Source of the DNA: Octopus sinensis
Taxonomy: Eukaryota
Assembly (NCBI RefSeq): GCF_006345805.1
Contig: NC_043003.1
Span: 20,956,001-21,020,000 of the forward strand
DNA length: 64,000 bases
Reading direction: 5' to 3'
A program made the position numbers and the translations under genes. Every line of letters begins with the position of its first letter. The stretch's first letter is position 1. Shown here piece by piece: positions 54,401-63,936 of this stretch. The notes beneath the pieces are model-generated. The model saw nothing but the letters and a program-made list of their open reading frames with translations. It made no database searches and had not been told where the DNA came from.

Positions 54401-57400
54401 AGTGAGTCTCTTTAAAATAGTTTTTCTTTCAGTTTATGTCTAACAGAATTAGTTCAAGTTCACATTTTTGATTATGTCGTAGTTGGAAACCCATTTTGTC
54501 AACAATAATATTGCAAAAATTAATAGAGTAAACTCCACACACACACACATATATACATAATATACTCGTCTAACATTATTATTCTGAAGTATACGTATAC
54601 TGAGTGGTACACCTGGTTATTAGTCTTGCTCTGCCTAAGCAAAACATTAAAATATACAATACATACATATATATATACATATATATACATATATATATAC
54701 ATATATACACTTGCGTCGGAAATTAATTAGCACTTCTCAAATTTCTACATTTTCTTACATTTTCTTAATTTAACTTATTATCAGAAACGAACTCGTTTTT
54801 AATCAAAAATTTATTAAAACATATCCCAGCACACCACATAATTGTTATTAATCGTGAAATTTAGTCAATATCTTGTTGCTCCTCCTTTGGCAGCAATGAC
54901 AGCTGCTACGCGGGTCGGCATGCTGTCTATGAGTGCCTGCAGGTACTGTGCAGGGATGCCCCCCCCCCATGCAGCAAGAAGTGCCCCAAACAGCTTGTGT
55001 CGGTTCCTGTATTGTTGCACATTCAAATCCCTACCCAATCGACTCCAGAGGTTCTCAATAGGGTTCAGGTCAGGTGACTGGCCAGGCCAGTCCATGACCG
55101 TCACCCCATAGTCCTTGAAGAAACCGGTTGTGAGCTTGGCTGTGTGGGAAGGCGCGTTGTCCTGCTGGAGCAGTACTCCTTGCCACCAAAGAAGTATCCC
55201 ATACTATCTCAACGTACTTTGCTGCGTTGATGTTGCCTTCGACGGCATAGAGCTGCCCAACACCACTGTAGCTGAACGCCCCTCACACCATCAGACCACC
55301 CCCACCTTACTTCATGGTGGGAGCAATGCAGTCTTTGTTGAAGCGCTCACCCCTGCGGCGTCGCACATGGACAGGCTTGTTACTGACGAGACTGAATCGC
55401 GACTCGTCAGTGAACGTCACTGTCCGCCACTGCTGCACGGTCCATGTCTTGTGGGCACGGGCCCAGAGCAGCCGCCTCTTCCGGTTTTGGGCTGTAAGGA
55501 GCGGCTTACGGGTGGCCCTACAGGATTTTAGACCAGCTTCCAGTAATCTGGTCTTGACGGTGGTTGTAGACAACTGCTTCCCTGTCATCTTTTGTATCTC
55601 CTCCGCCAGTTGCCGGCTCGTTACCCTTCGGTTGTACAGTGACTTTCAGATCAGCATCCGGTCCTCCCGCTGGGTCGTCAGCCTCTTCCGTCCCCTACCC
55701 TTTTTGTCAGCTGCTGATCCGGTTTCCTCGTATTTCTTAAATAAGCACTGAATTGTGCGCCTGGCTACACCAAGTTTTCTGGCTATTGCAACCTCCGACA
55801 GCTTCCCACGCCACGAGAGAGCCTTGTACCGTCTCTCCAAGGTCATGCGAGGTCTTGGGCCCATCTAGGAATGAACGATAAAAACCAGTTATTTTCATTA
55901 AAACTATTCATTTGAATAATGTTATGCTATAACAAAACTGCTATGAGTTATTATTCATTAAACAAAAAAGAAAGAAAGCAGAATTTCTCACCTTATTTGA
56001 TGTATAACAGAAAGTTTTGCGAACCGGAAGTGACGTCACCAAGCAGAGTGTAGGAGAATTTGTGAGGAAAAAAAATCTTGCAAATACACAAATCAATTAA
56101 CCTACAAGCTGTTCAAAACGTCTTACGCGATGAGAAAACTTAGTATGGTGTGATTTCGGTCCTTGCGAGGCGCTACCTATATCTATCAAACAAAGGAAGA
56201 TTTGTCTGCATCCGCACTCCAAGTTGTTGTTGCACTGCTATGTCAACATCATTAGGCTGTAGACTCTCAAACTGCTCTGCAAACAAAGTTACGTCATCGT
56301 TCTGCACAACAGTGAACTCGCAACAAAGCAATAGTTCGAGATATGGCCACTAGGTGACAGCAAATACCTTGAGTGAAGAGCAAATCAAGGGTGCTAATTA
56401 ATTTCTGACGGTAGTGTATATATATATCAGTGGTGTCTCCCACAGGCTGTTCAGCCTTAGCCCGAGTATAAATTTAGGAAAGTGAACATGTATTTGCAGC
56501 CCATAACTCAGGCTCCTTTTATTGATCCTGGTTGCAGTTCATTTATTTTCATTCAGTGTCTGGTGATTGCCCTATGTCAAAAAATATCATTCGTAACAGA
56601 CTTTCCCTCGACGTAGTTCATACATGCCTGACTCGGGCTCAGAAGTTACAAGCCCAAGTTGTTAGCTATAATCCTAAAAATTAAAAGTGTTTGAAGTCAA
56701 AGTTTTCTTGAAACAATAAATTTCTATAGAGATTAGGATTTAAATTCCGATCTACGAAAATTTTCCGTTCTACAATATTGTTAAAGGAACGGAAAATTAT
56801 CCAGCAACTCAGGCTAATACAAAGGAGCTTGGTAGGTGTGAAAGACTAACTGGTATCTCTTGTCAAGAGTACAGGCAACAGTCAGATCGCTGCTATTTGT
56901 TGTGCATTCTGCTGTTGTTATTCTGTGCATCTGTGTGCAAAGATCAGTTGTGTTTTGCAGGGTTGCCTTATTTTTACCCCTAACTTAGAAATGGAAAAAA
57001 ACATAGGGATAGATATAAAAACATAAGCCATTTGGGGCTAGAAATATTGTGGAAAAACATGAAATTCTTCGAGCAGGCTTGTGTCTTATGCAAAATCTGT
57101 GATGAGCCCAAGTGACGCTGATGGCATGGAATCGCCTCTGATATATATATATATAGTCACCATGATAGATTGGTAGCCACTACACACATTTTTTTTCTCT
57201 CCTTGTTTTTTTTCTGTGTCCCTTTCTGTAGAAGAGCGTAGGCTCGAAATGTAAAAGACTTTCAATTTCTGAGCGTTATACTAATACATCTGTTTGTTTT
57301 CTACACCACCTGTCTTCGTCTTTTGGTTTTTTCATGAACTCTCCCTATATATATATCTTTATATTTATATTAGAAGAAATAAGGTACTCAGAAATCTGGA

Positions 57401-59449
57401 TGGTTGTACATTTACAGATTTTTATTAATATGTCACATGTTTTTATAAATCATATTTTAGCACTTGCATCTACTCTAGTAGAATCTCCAGAATAGATTCT
57501 GGAGTAGATGCAAGCGCTAATATATGATTTATAAAAACATGTGACATATTAATAAAAATCTGTAAATATAAAACCATCCAGATTTCTGAGTACCTTATTC
57601 TTTTTAATATATAATACCTGTACATCACCTCCAAACCTTCTAATATATATATATATATATATAAAATATGAATTAGAGATAAAACCACTATTATGCAACT
57701 CAAACAGTGATAGACATAAACCAATACATAAATAACAAATAACATATATATATATATAATTTTTTTTTATTAACTTATAACTAGATCTCAAAAAGTATAA
57801 AATGAATGATAAATATATAATATAAGTAAAAACACTATGTACGTTTCATGGCTCCAATTAAATTCATCATCATCATAATCACCACCAACACCCTTTCCTC
57901 CTCCTCCTCCTCCTCCTCTTCTTCTTCTTCTTCGTCTCTTCCTCCTCCCCTCCCCTTTCCCTCCTCTTCCTCCTCCTTCATACTACCACAGCCACTGCCT
58001 GTAGCAGCAGCTTGTACCATTAAAGTAAATCACTTAGAACAAACAAGTTTGTCCTTTAAGAATTAAAACCTTTATTTATCGTTGGCTGTAGTCTTTATTT
58101 ATTTACTCTTTTTATGTCACTTATTATTAGCCCTTCTCTTTTGTTTCAGAAATACGATAAAGAATTTGCTGATGCTATGCAAAAAGATAAATTGGATGCT
58201 CTCATCTGCCCTGTCATGTCTTCAACATCACTTCTGATAAAGTGTCCAAACTTTGGAAGTAAGTCCATAACACTTTAAATTAATCTAAATTGAACATTTA
58301 AAAAGTAAACTTCCAGTAACCTGATAAGGTCAAGAACATTATCTGTAAAAACACTGGTATGGCTGTGTAGTAATAGTGGTCTCTTGCCAACTCTGTGATA
58401 TTGGGTTCAATCCCACTGTGTGGCATCCTCAGCAGATGTTTTCTGCTATGGCTCCAGACTGACCAAAGGATTGTAATGGTGAATGGAAGCCTGTTGTATA
58501 CACACACACACGCATGCATGTGAGCGTATATATACGTGTCTGTCTCCTTCAAGTGTCTTTCTGCACATAATCCATGCCCTCCACATATCTACCATACCCA
58601 CCTCCCAGCCACTCCAATTCCTCCCACACCATCTCTTGCTATCTCTAAAACACCTCCCCTCACACACTTAAGGAACATCCCCTCTATCCACTCTGTACTA
58701 CTTATACTCCCTACCACTGTTCCCTATGGGTAAGGCCTCTGTCTCTCGCTCTGACTGTCTCTCTATTCTTTTTCTCTAACTTTCACCCACCTTCTTCTCC
58801 TTAATTGTCCTACTGGAGTAGCCAAGTAGTGGAGACACATGGTTTAGTGGTTGTGGTGTTGGATTCATGATCATAAGATTGTGGTTTCAATTCCTGGACC
58901 AGGTGACGCGTTGTGTTCTTGAGTAAAACACTTCATTCCACTTTGCTCCAGTCCACTCAGCTGGCAAAAATGAGTAATCCTGGTGTCCCATCCAGGTGGG
59001 GAATTTATATGCTGCAGAAACCCGGAAACATGCTGTTATGAGTCAGCAGGACACAAAAATGTAACCTTACCTTTTTTTAGGGGTGGCCACAGCTATCCCT
59101 GTCCCTCTATCATACTCTAACTTCTCACCTGACACACAGCCACTTCTGTCAGTTTCACTCCCTCTCTCAGCTGAGAGGTTTTTGTCTTGCAAGCTACTTG
59201 GCAACCCTGTGGGTGCTTGTGCTATGTAAAAAGTACCTGTGCTGGTTCCACGCAAAAAGAACCCATCTTGGTGCTACATAAAAAAGCACCCATGCTGGTG
59301 CCATGTAAAAAGCACCCAGTACACTCTGTAAAGTGGCTGACATTAGGGAGGACATCCAGCCATAAGCACCACACCAAAACAGAGAATTGGATCCTGGTAC
59401 AGCTTTCCAGATTGCCAGCTTCATATAATATATCATACAAGGATGCACA

Positions 59450-59489
<40 letters not shown>

Positions 59490-62400
59490 CACGCAAATAT
59501 TCTAGTCAATTTTTTATCAGTTAGCAGATATTAGCATTGAGCAGCAAACAGTTTTGTTCACTGAAATTATAAACAGAGTCAGTAGCTTCTCTCTTGGCTC
59601 AAATATCTGGGTACATCAGACATACAAAAACCATGTTGAAACATGGGTGTTCTAGAGTTCCAAAGCACCAATGAGCTAAGTGTGTTACGAGCACATTGTT
59701 GTCACATAAAGAAGTTGTTATCCTGTCTTGTACACAACTGTGACCTGCCTCGACAAATTCTGTCTGACCCATGCAAACATGGAAAAGTGGACATTAAACA
59801 CCATTACTACCACCAATGATGACAACAGATTAGTTGTCAAAGAATGACCTTCTGCATCACATTATCATCAGGATTTCATATCTGTTTTCTATGCTGGCAT
59901 GGGTTAGAAGGTTTAGCTAGAGCTGGTAAGCCAGAGAGCTGCACCAGGCTCCAGTCTGTCTTGGCTGGGTTTCTATGGCTGGATGCCCTCCCTACTACCA
60001 ACCATTCTACAGAGTGCACAGTTGTCTTTTACATATCACCAGTACAGGTACCTTTTACATATCATTGGCACCAATACCTTTTATGTGCCATCAACATGGC
60101 TGCCTTTTATCTGTCACTAGGACTGGCCACAACCACAATTTCACTTTAACTCATCAAGCTAAGTATCTTACTTGTATAAAATACATCTTAAGATATATCT
60201 CTGAAGTCTTGGATGAGTGAATTAAGTGAATGGAGCATGCATCAGTGTTGACCATAAGTATTCTAGTTATTTTATTAATGGAATTGTCTATTTTCATATG
60301 TGGTTGAGTATTCCGCAGATACTCATACCCTTAATGTCATTATCATGCAAACACTAAGTCATAGGATGGCCGTTTGATTTATAGATGTGAGGCCTAGTAG
60401 CTAAGGTGTTGCGTTCATGGTTGCCAGGATGTGGTTTCGATTCCTGGATCAGGTGGTGTATTGTATTCCTGAGCAAAAACATTTCATTTCATGTTGCTAT
60501 TCTTTGCGATCACTTTCACATAAGATGTGCAGCACACCATGTATATGTATAGGCAACGTTGATTTGATGAAAGTAGTGAATTAATGTAAAGCAGAAATAT
60601 TTAATTACTACAAATGAACCATTTGTGCAGGTTGTCCAACAAATAAGTTGCAAAACCTTTATCTGTCATTTACCACAGGAGAGTCAGTCTACTGTGGTTT
60701 ATCCAATAGATTTCCTGTACAAAAGTGGAGATTGTCATAACTGGAATTTATTCGATTATTGGTTTGCTTGATGAATACTAACTTGATGTGGCAAGCTGGC
60801 AGAAACATTAACACACCGGGTGAAATGCTTACTGGTATTTTGTCTGCCACTATGTTCTGAGTTCAAATTCTGCCAAGGTCAACTTTGCCTTTCATCCTTT
60901 CGGGATCGATAAATTAAGTACCAGTTACGCACTGTGGTCGATGTAATCAACTTAATCCCTGTGTCTGTCCTTGTTTGTCCCCTCTATGTTTAGCCCCTTG
61001 TGGGTAATAAAGAAAAAACTAACTTGATGCCAAACAACAAGAAAAGAATTCTCTAACACATCAGTGAATATGGGAACTTCTACATGATTGCTAGATCTTC
61101 TAGAAATTGCAGTAAATTCTTCCTCAAATCATGTCCTTGCGTCATAAAAATGGAGTCGTAGATGTAAAAATGATGGGACAGCCATGCTAGAATTATTTGA
61201 TTATAGGATTTCTCTCAATAGGAGATGATTTGGAGTTAAAACAACAACAACAATCCTTTTACTATCGTTTTAATTCCGATGTTTTTCTTTGCAGGGTTTC
61301 CAAGCTATTCTCTGCTCTATAATCTACTGAACTACCCTGGTGTGTCAATGCCTATTACCAAGGTAACAGAAGAAGATGTAAAGGCAACTTATAAAGCTAG
61401 ATCATTGACTGAATATTTGGTGAAAAAGGTTGGGCATTTTTGTTTTATATCATTCCTTTAGTTTGTGATCAATAACATCTTTGGTTATAGGTTTCCAACT
61501 AGTGGAATAGCACATATACATACTGACACATATCACATACAACTATAAAATGTAACTTGATATTTTGAAAAAAATTGTGTCAATATGTATGTGTGTGGAG
61601 GCATGTGACTTAGTGATTAGGGTGTCAGCACCATGATCATAAGATTGTGGTTTTGATTCCTGGACCAGGTGATGCGTTGTGTTCTTGAGCAAAACACTTC
61701 ATTTAAAGTTGCTCCAGTCCACTCAGCTGGCGAAAATGAGTAACACTGCAATGGACTGGTGTCCCGTCCAGCTGGGGAACACATATGCCATTGAAACCAG
61801 GAAACCGGGCCCATGAGCCTGGCTAGGCTTTAAAAGGGTGCATTTATTTATTTATTATGTATGTGTACATGCTCACCATTTTGATTTTCACATCAAATTC
61901 TGATATAGTTACAATTTACACACTCTGGAAAGAATTTATAGAAATTTTCATTAAAAATACCCCATTTCCCTGAAAATTACATGAAGGCAAAGGTAACTTT
62001 TTTGAAGTTTCTGAAACTCCTATCCCCACTCTCCTGAATCTATACCATCTGAAGCATATTTGTAGAAAATTTCATTAAAAGATATCCATTCTTCTGGAGG
62101 TTATGAAGAAACAAAGTCAGCGGGGCACATTTGAGTATGTTTACCCAGTGCTTTAACATAAGTAATACCAAGATCACATTGTTATTAGATATCTAATATT
62201 GGCTTGCATCACTTCACTTTCATTTTGTATGTAGCACTATTTAATTATATAACTGCATGTTATATATAAACAAACTATATACTTCTTTCGATTGATTTGC
62301 ATCAAAAGGGTGAAAATAATGTCAATGAGATGGGCCCAATTTTTTACTACACATAAAAGTAGATAGAATAACAATATTTATGATGATATTATGTTTCACA

Positions 62401-62575
62401 ACAAATACTAACTATATTACAAATGCATTAAAGTGTATATTTTTATATATGTATGTGTAAATATATATATATATATATAAATTAGAAATGGAAACTAAAA
62501 CAATAAATTGAACAATTAAATATTCTTCAGATATCTAATATCCCTTAGGTGGTTATTTAACACCTAGCTAAATTG

Positions 62576-62632
<57 letters not shown>

Positions 62633-63936
62633 AAAATGGAGAAACAAATTCAATTCGTTCATCAACTTACGGATATTACAATTTTACATTCGAGTTGAAT
62701 TTGTTTCTCCATTTTCTTATTTGTATTATAAATTTACGGTATATATGTGTGTGTGTATGTATTTAGGTAGGTAGGTGGGCGGGTAGGTAGGTAAGTAGGT
62801 AGGTAGGTAGGTAGGTAGGCAGGTAGGTAGGTAGGTAGGTTGGTAGGTAGGTAAGTAGGTAGGTAGGTAGGTAGGTAGGTAGGTAGGTAGGTAGGTTGGT
62901 AGGTAGGTTGGTAGGTAGGTAGGTAGGTATGTAGGTAGGTAGGTAGGTAGGTAGGTGGGCAGGCATGCAGGTAGGCAGGCATGCATGCATGTATGGCTAG
63001 TCTATGGGATTACCCTGGGTTTCATGTACCAGAAAATGCTTAGCTTTACAGCATTTCTCCAGGCCCCAAAATGCATATGTATGTGTGTGTATGCGTTTGT
63101 GACTATTTGTCCTCCACCACTGCTTGGCAACCATTGTTAGTACATTTACATTAAGCAGTTCAGTTAGTACATTTTATTAAGCAGTTCAGCTAAAGAGATG
63201 GAAGGAATAAGTCCCATGCTTAAAAGGAAAATAAATACTAGAGTCAATTTGTCCAAGGCAGTGCCCCAGCATGACCGCAGTCTAATAACTGAAACAAATG
63301 GAAAAAGAAAATAGTTACAGGGAAAGGTATACTCTAAAGATAAGATTAATAACCTGGGAAATTACATAATCTTAATTCATTCTTATGTATTCGCAGTCAC
63401 ATTAAATTAATATTTAGTTATTTTCTATAAGTAGATAAGTAAAGTTATATGTCTTATTCAGCTCAGACATACACCAGCCGTCCAAGAATTTGGACCTGGA
63501 GATCTCCATTTTCAGCGACTTCGAGGGCCACCTCCCAGTGGTGTCAGGCATCAACAAAGTGCCCTCGACTACAACAAGACGACCAAAGTTTTTTTTTTCC
63601 TTCCAAGGTCTGGGGTCTCCCGTCCCTAAGCCCTAGACCATCATCTAATCACCCTTACCCATCTTGTTGCTTAACAACAACGACGACATACACCAAGGTT
63701 TAAATTTATGCCATTGTGAACTGGAGTTCAATGAAATCATCTTAAACTTTACTCACATGAATTCTTCCACAGCTTTTATAAACATTCTAAATATATGTCT
63801 TGTTTCTTTGCAGTCAATTCCAGGCAGCGTTGGTCTTCCAGTCAACGTCCAAATTATGGTTCCTACATATAAGGATGAGCTTGCATTACGCATCATGAAA
63901 GAACTGGATAGTGAACTGAAGAAGAAAAGTGGATAG
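19554..63936 (+). CDS. FAAH: FAAH-like amidase, downstream paralogue (copy 2); complete 17-coding-exon gene, about 584 aa after repair of single-base indels
   Basis: All 17 exons have AG/GT boundaries and compatible phases once indels are repaired. Amidase signature (GPAG[S]SGGEAALIG...[21 protein letters not shown]), catalytic Lys motif [10 protein letters not shown]-terminal TM segment. Repaired exon lengths sum to 1755 nt. Confidence 0.9.
21433..21659 (+). mobile_element. SINE family B (about 230 bp) nested in a family A copy (about 21297-21890)
   Basis: ggtggcga...gttcaaattcc...aataaagaaat interrupts family A at ctgaaagaa|...|aagaaaccccgtc. Confidence 0.75.
23121..23231 (+). CDS. FAAH: Copy 2 exon 2 (three apparent 1-nt deletions)
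   Basis: tttcag|CTTACT...TACAAG|gtattt. Repaired: [38 protein letters not shown]. As assembled, the frame has TAG at 23154. Confidence 0.8.
24385..24895 (-). mobile_element. Two abutting tRNA-headed SINE-like fragments
   Basis: Head rc gtggttagggcagcagactcacggtcgtaggatcgcggtgtttgattccc; related pieces at 5375-5470, 40370-40630 and 46100-46290. Confidence 0.65.
25735..25793 (+). CDS. FAAH: Copy 2 exon 3 (two apparent 1-nt insertions)
   Basis: acag|G-GCACTTGAA...GCTGAG|gtaaga. Repaired: [19 protein letters not shown] (cf. FAAH AWEVNKGTNCVT). Confidence 0.75.
27400..27489 (+). CDS. FAAH: Copy 2 exon 4, catalytic Lys (one apparent 1-nt deletion)
   Basis: cacag|GAATTA...CAAG|gttggt; [10 protein letters not shown]/x/[19 protein letters not shown]; Lys codon 27468-27470. 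Confidence 0.85.
28733..28806 (+). CDS. FAAH: Copy 2 exon 5
   Basis: aattag|GGACTT...GTTAAG|gtatgt; 74 nt and open. The homologous reading [13 protein letters not shown]...DDSNLVK needs a compensating +1/-1 shift. Confidence 0.8.
29400..30092 (+). mobile_element. Tandem DINE-1-like 3' ends with a 61-bp x3 internal repeat
   Basis: Two similar ends ...acggacataa.gc.cattata(g/a)taa(g/a)at at about 29667 and 30092; ccattgg spaced 61 bp at 29907, 29968 and 30029. Confidence 0.55.
30746..30946. repeat. Palindromic element (about 75-bp arms), related to the 47.5-kb palindrome
   Basis: gtaaagattgtttgccaacataacatgg... versus its reverse complement; shares agccagctggagacgatgt with the 47.7-kb arm. 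Confidence 0.85.
32155..32612. repeat. 20-bp minisatellite, more than 20 copies
   Basis: Unit taggcacaggtgtggctgtg with 18-20-bp variants; source of ORF 32030-32698. Confidence 0.9.
32592..33118. repeat. About 260-bp direct tandem duplication differing mainly by 1-2-nt indels
   Basis: 32592-32852 versus 32853-33118. Confidence 0.9.
33318..33379 (+). CDS. FAAH: Copy 2 exon 6
   Basis: tttcag|TGC...ATGAG|gtaagc; [20 protein letters not shown]. Confidence 0.92.
34099..34304 (+). CDS. FAAH: Copy 2 exon 7, amidase signature (one apparent 1-nt deletion at the cis-Ser codon)
   Basis: tttcag|TATC...ATGGG|gtaagt; [23 protein letters not shown]/x/[44 protein letters not shown]; nucleophile Ser 34240-34242. 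Confidence 0.92.
35388..36065 (-). pseudogene. Penelope-like element, GIY-YIG endonuclease remnant
   Basis: rc [36 protein letters not shown]; upstream linker IPFITTHNP; stops and frameshifts. Confidence 0.85.
36068..36277 (+). mobile_element. RTE LINE 3' UTR end with (GAT)n tail; representative of more than 10 copies
   Basis: Same as the 3' end of 51531-53240; other copies near 23680, 26200, 34630, 39870, 44270, 46950, 50215, 59170 and 59850. Confidence 0.8.
36660..38115 (-). pseudogene. Penelope-like ORF N-terminal remnant split by a solo LTR
   Basis: Removing the LTR and one TSD restores SLKDIIIPP...[18 protein letters not shown]. Confidence 0.6.
37078..38040 (-). mobile_element. Solo LTR (963 bp), same family as 6793-7756
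   Basis: rc TGTAGC...TTTACA termini; 4-bp TSD aatt/aatt. Confidence 0.85.
38895..39312 (-). mobile_element. SINE family A copy
   Basis: Homologous to 1771-2187. Confidence 0.8.
39654..39694 (+). CDS. FAAH: Copy 2 exon 8
   Basis: ttatag|GTTAGG...CTCA|gtaaga; 41 nt, phases 2 to 1 fit; [13 protein letters not shown]. Confidence 0.8.
40793..41760 (+). pseudogene. Highly degenerate RTE reverse transcriptase remnant
   Basis: [19 protein letters not shown]; [14 protein letters not shown] (decayed YADD region); VDSFCYLG; GRLYDACV. Confidence 0.75.
42720..42844 (+). CDS. FAAH: Copy 2 exon 9
   Basis: ttacag|TTCAG...AATCAT|gtaaag; [14 protein letters not shown]...EMDPQISP. Confidence 0.92.
42997..43520 (+). 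mobile_element. About 490-bp retroposon-like insert with (AAT)n tail and a 5' hairpin, inside a (TAA)n tract
   Basis: GC-richer block between (TAA)n tracts; tgtagcccatctt / aagatgggctaca 13-bp stem at its 5' end. Confidence 0.55.
43547..43672 (+). CDS. FAAH: Copy 2 exon 10
   Basis: tttcag|TTG...ACG|gtaaga; [16 protein letters not shown]...PACRRAV...LEAKGHT. Confidence 0.92.
45229..45320 (+). CDS. FAAH: Copy 2 exon 11
   Basis: ttacag|GTG...TTGAT|gtaagt; [24 protein letters not shown]. Confidence 0.88.
45470..45848 (-). mobile_element. SINE family A copy
   Basis: Homologous to 1771-2187. Confidence 0.8.
47523..47806. repeat. Near-perfect 284-bp palindrome (129-bp arms, 1 mismatch)
   Basis: 47523-47651 is the reverse complement of 47678-47806 except actgt/attgt. 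Confidence 0.97.
48364..48675 (+). mobile_element. tRNA-derived SINE family C
   Basis: A box tggctcagtgg, B box gttcaattcc; related copies at 15420, 58840 and 61600. Confidence 0.75.
48831..48918 (+). CDS. FAAH: Copy 2 exon 12
   Basis: ttccag|AAAA...CCTTTT|gtaagt; 88 nt, phase 2 to 0; ends LVYPF like FAAH LVKPL. Confidence 0.78.
50752..50797 (-). ncRNA. Candidate minimal type I hammerhead ribozyme (Penelope-type) in a SINE-like repeat
   Basis: rc gacac-CTGATGA-agactg(gagtgtatat)cagct-GAAA-CG-TT-gtgtt; stem I gacac/gtgtt; ACGT palindrome in place of stem III. Confidence 0.5.
51083..51126 (+). CDS. FAAH: Copy 2 exon 13
   Basis: tgccag|GAC...TGTAG|gtgagt; [14 protein letters not shown]; phases fit. 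Confidence 0.75.
51531..53240 (-). mobile_element. 5'-truncated RTE-clade LINE (young): RT YADD to C-terminus, 3' UTR and (GAT)n tail
   Basis: YADD at 53204-53193; uninterrupted frame 53219-52248; C4HC3 finger; [10 protein letters not shown] and GRPRKTW motifs; TGA at 53222-53220; tandem duplications (33 bp, about 199 bp) in the 3' UTR. Confidence 0.93.
54362..54401 (+). CDS. FAAH: Copy 2 exon 14
   Basis: ttccag|GAAA...GAA|gtgagt; [13 protein letters not shown]; phases fit. Confidence 0.78.
54708..56416 (-). mobile_element. Full-length Tc1 (DD34E) transposon, inactive, 1709 bp
   Basis: 26-bp TIR (23/26) cacttgcgtcggaaattaattagcac / gtgctaattaatttctgacggtagtg; TA both sides; ORF 55864-54865 with FTDES, QQDNA, 34 aa, PIENLW; stops at 55646, 55307 and 55283 plus a frameshift. 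Confidence 0.95.
57378..57599. repeat. Long palindrome (about 105-bp arms, 7-nt loop)
   Basis: aataaggtactcagaaatctggatgg... versus its reverse complement with a few mismatches; inner stem agaatct/agattct. Confidence 0.93.
58150..58258 (+). CDS. FAAH: Copy 2 exon 15
   Basis: tttcag|AAATAC...GGAA|gtaagt; 107/109 nt identical to 1589-1697. Confidence 0.92.
60787..61014 (+). mobile_element. SINE family B copy
   Basis: Homologous to 21433-21659; other fragments near 170-380, 22455, 28040, 45000, 46735, 47215 and 49965. Confidence 0.8.
61295..61428 (+). CDS. FAAH: Copy 2 exon 16
   Basis: ttgcag|GGTTT...AAAAAG|gttggg; [27 protein letters not shown]. Confidence 0.92.
62629..62719. mobile_element. 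Miniature foldback element (91 bp, 29-bp TIR) at the end of a (TA)n tract
   Basis: taagaaaatggagaaacaaattcaattcg / cgagttgaatttgtttctccattttctta. Confidence 0.75.
62765..62990. repeat. (GGTA)n microsatellite
   Basis: Direct inspection; source of the PTYL ORFs. Confidence 0.95.
63477..63684 (+). mobile_element. 208-bp retroposon insertion with 11-bp TSD and (AAC)n tail
   Basis: gacatacacca at 63466-63476 and 63685-63695; empty site gacatgcacca at 6048-6058 in the paralogous intron. Confidence 0.85.
63814..63936 (+). CDS. FAAH: Copy 2 terminal exon 17
   Basis: ttgcag|TCAATT...GGATAG; [40 protein letters not shown]. Confidence 0.92.
   Translation, partial: SIPGSVGLPVNVQIMVPTYKDELALRIMKELDSELKKKSG

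Noticed and set aside
55115-55751. 138-aa and 145-aa plus-strand ORFs
   Set aside because: Antisense shadows of the GC-rich Tc1 transposase.
57835-58020. Poly-Glu/Ser ORFs
   Set aside because: (CCT)/(CTT)/(CAT) low-complexity tract in an intron.
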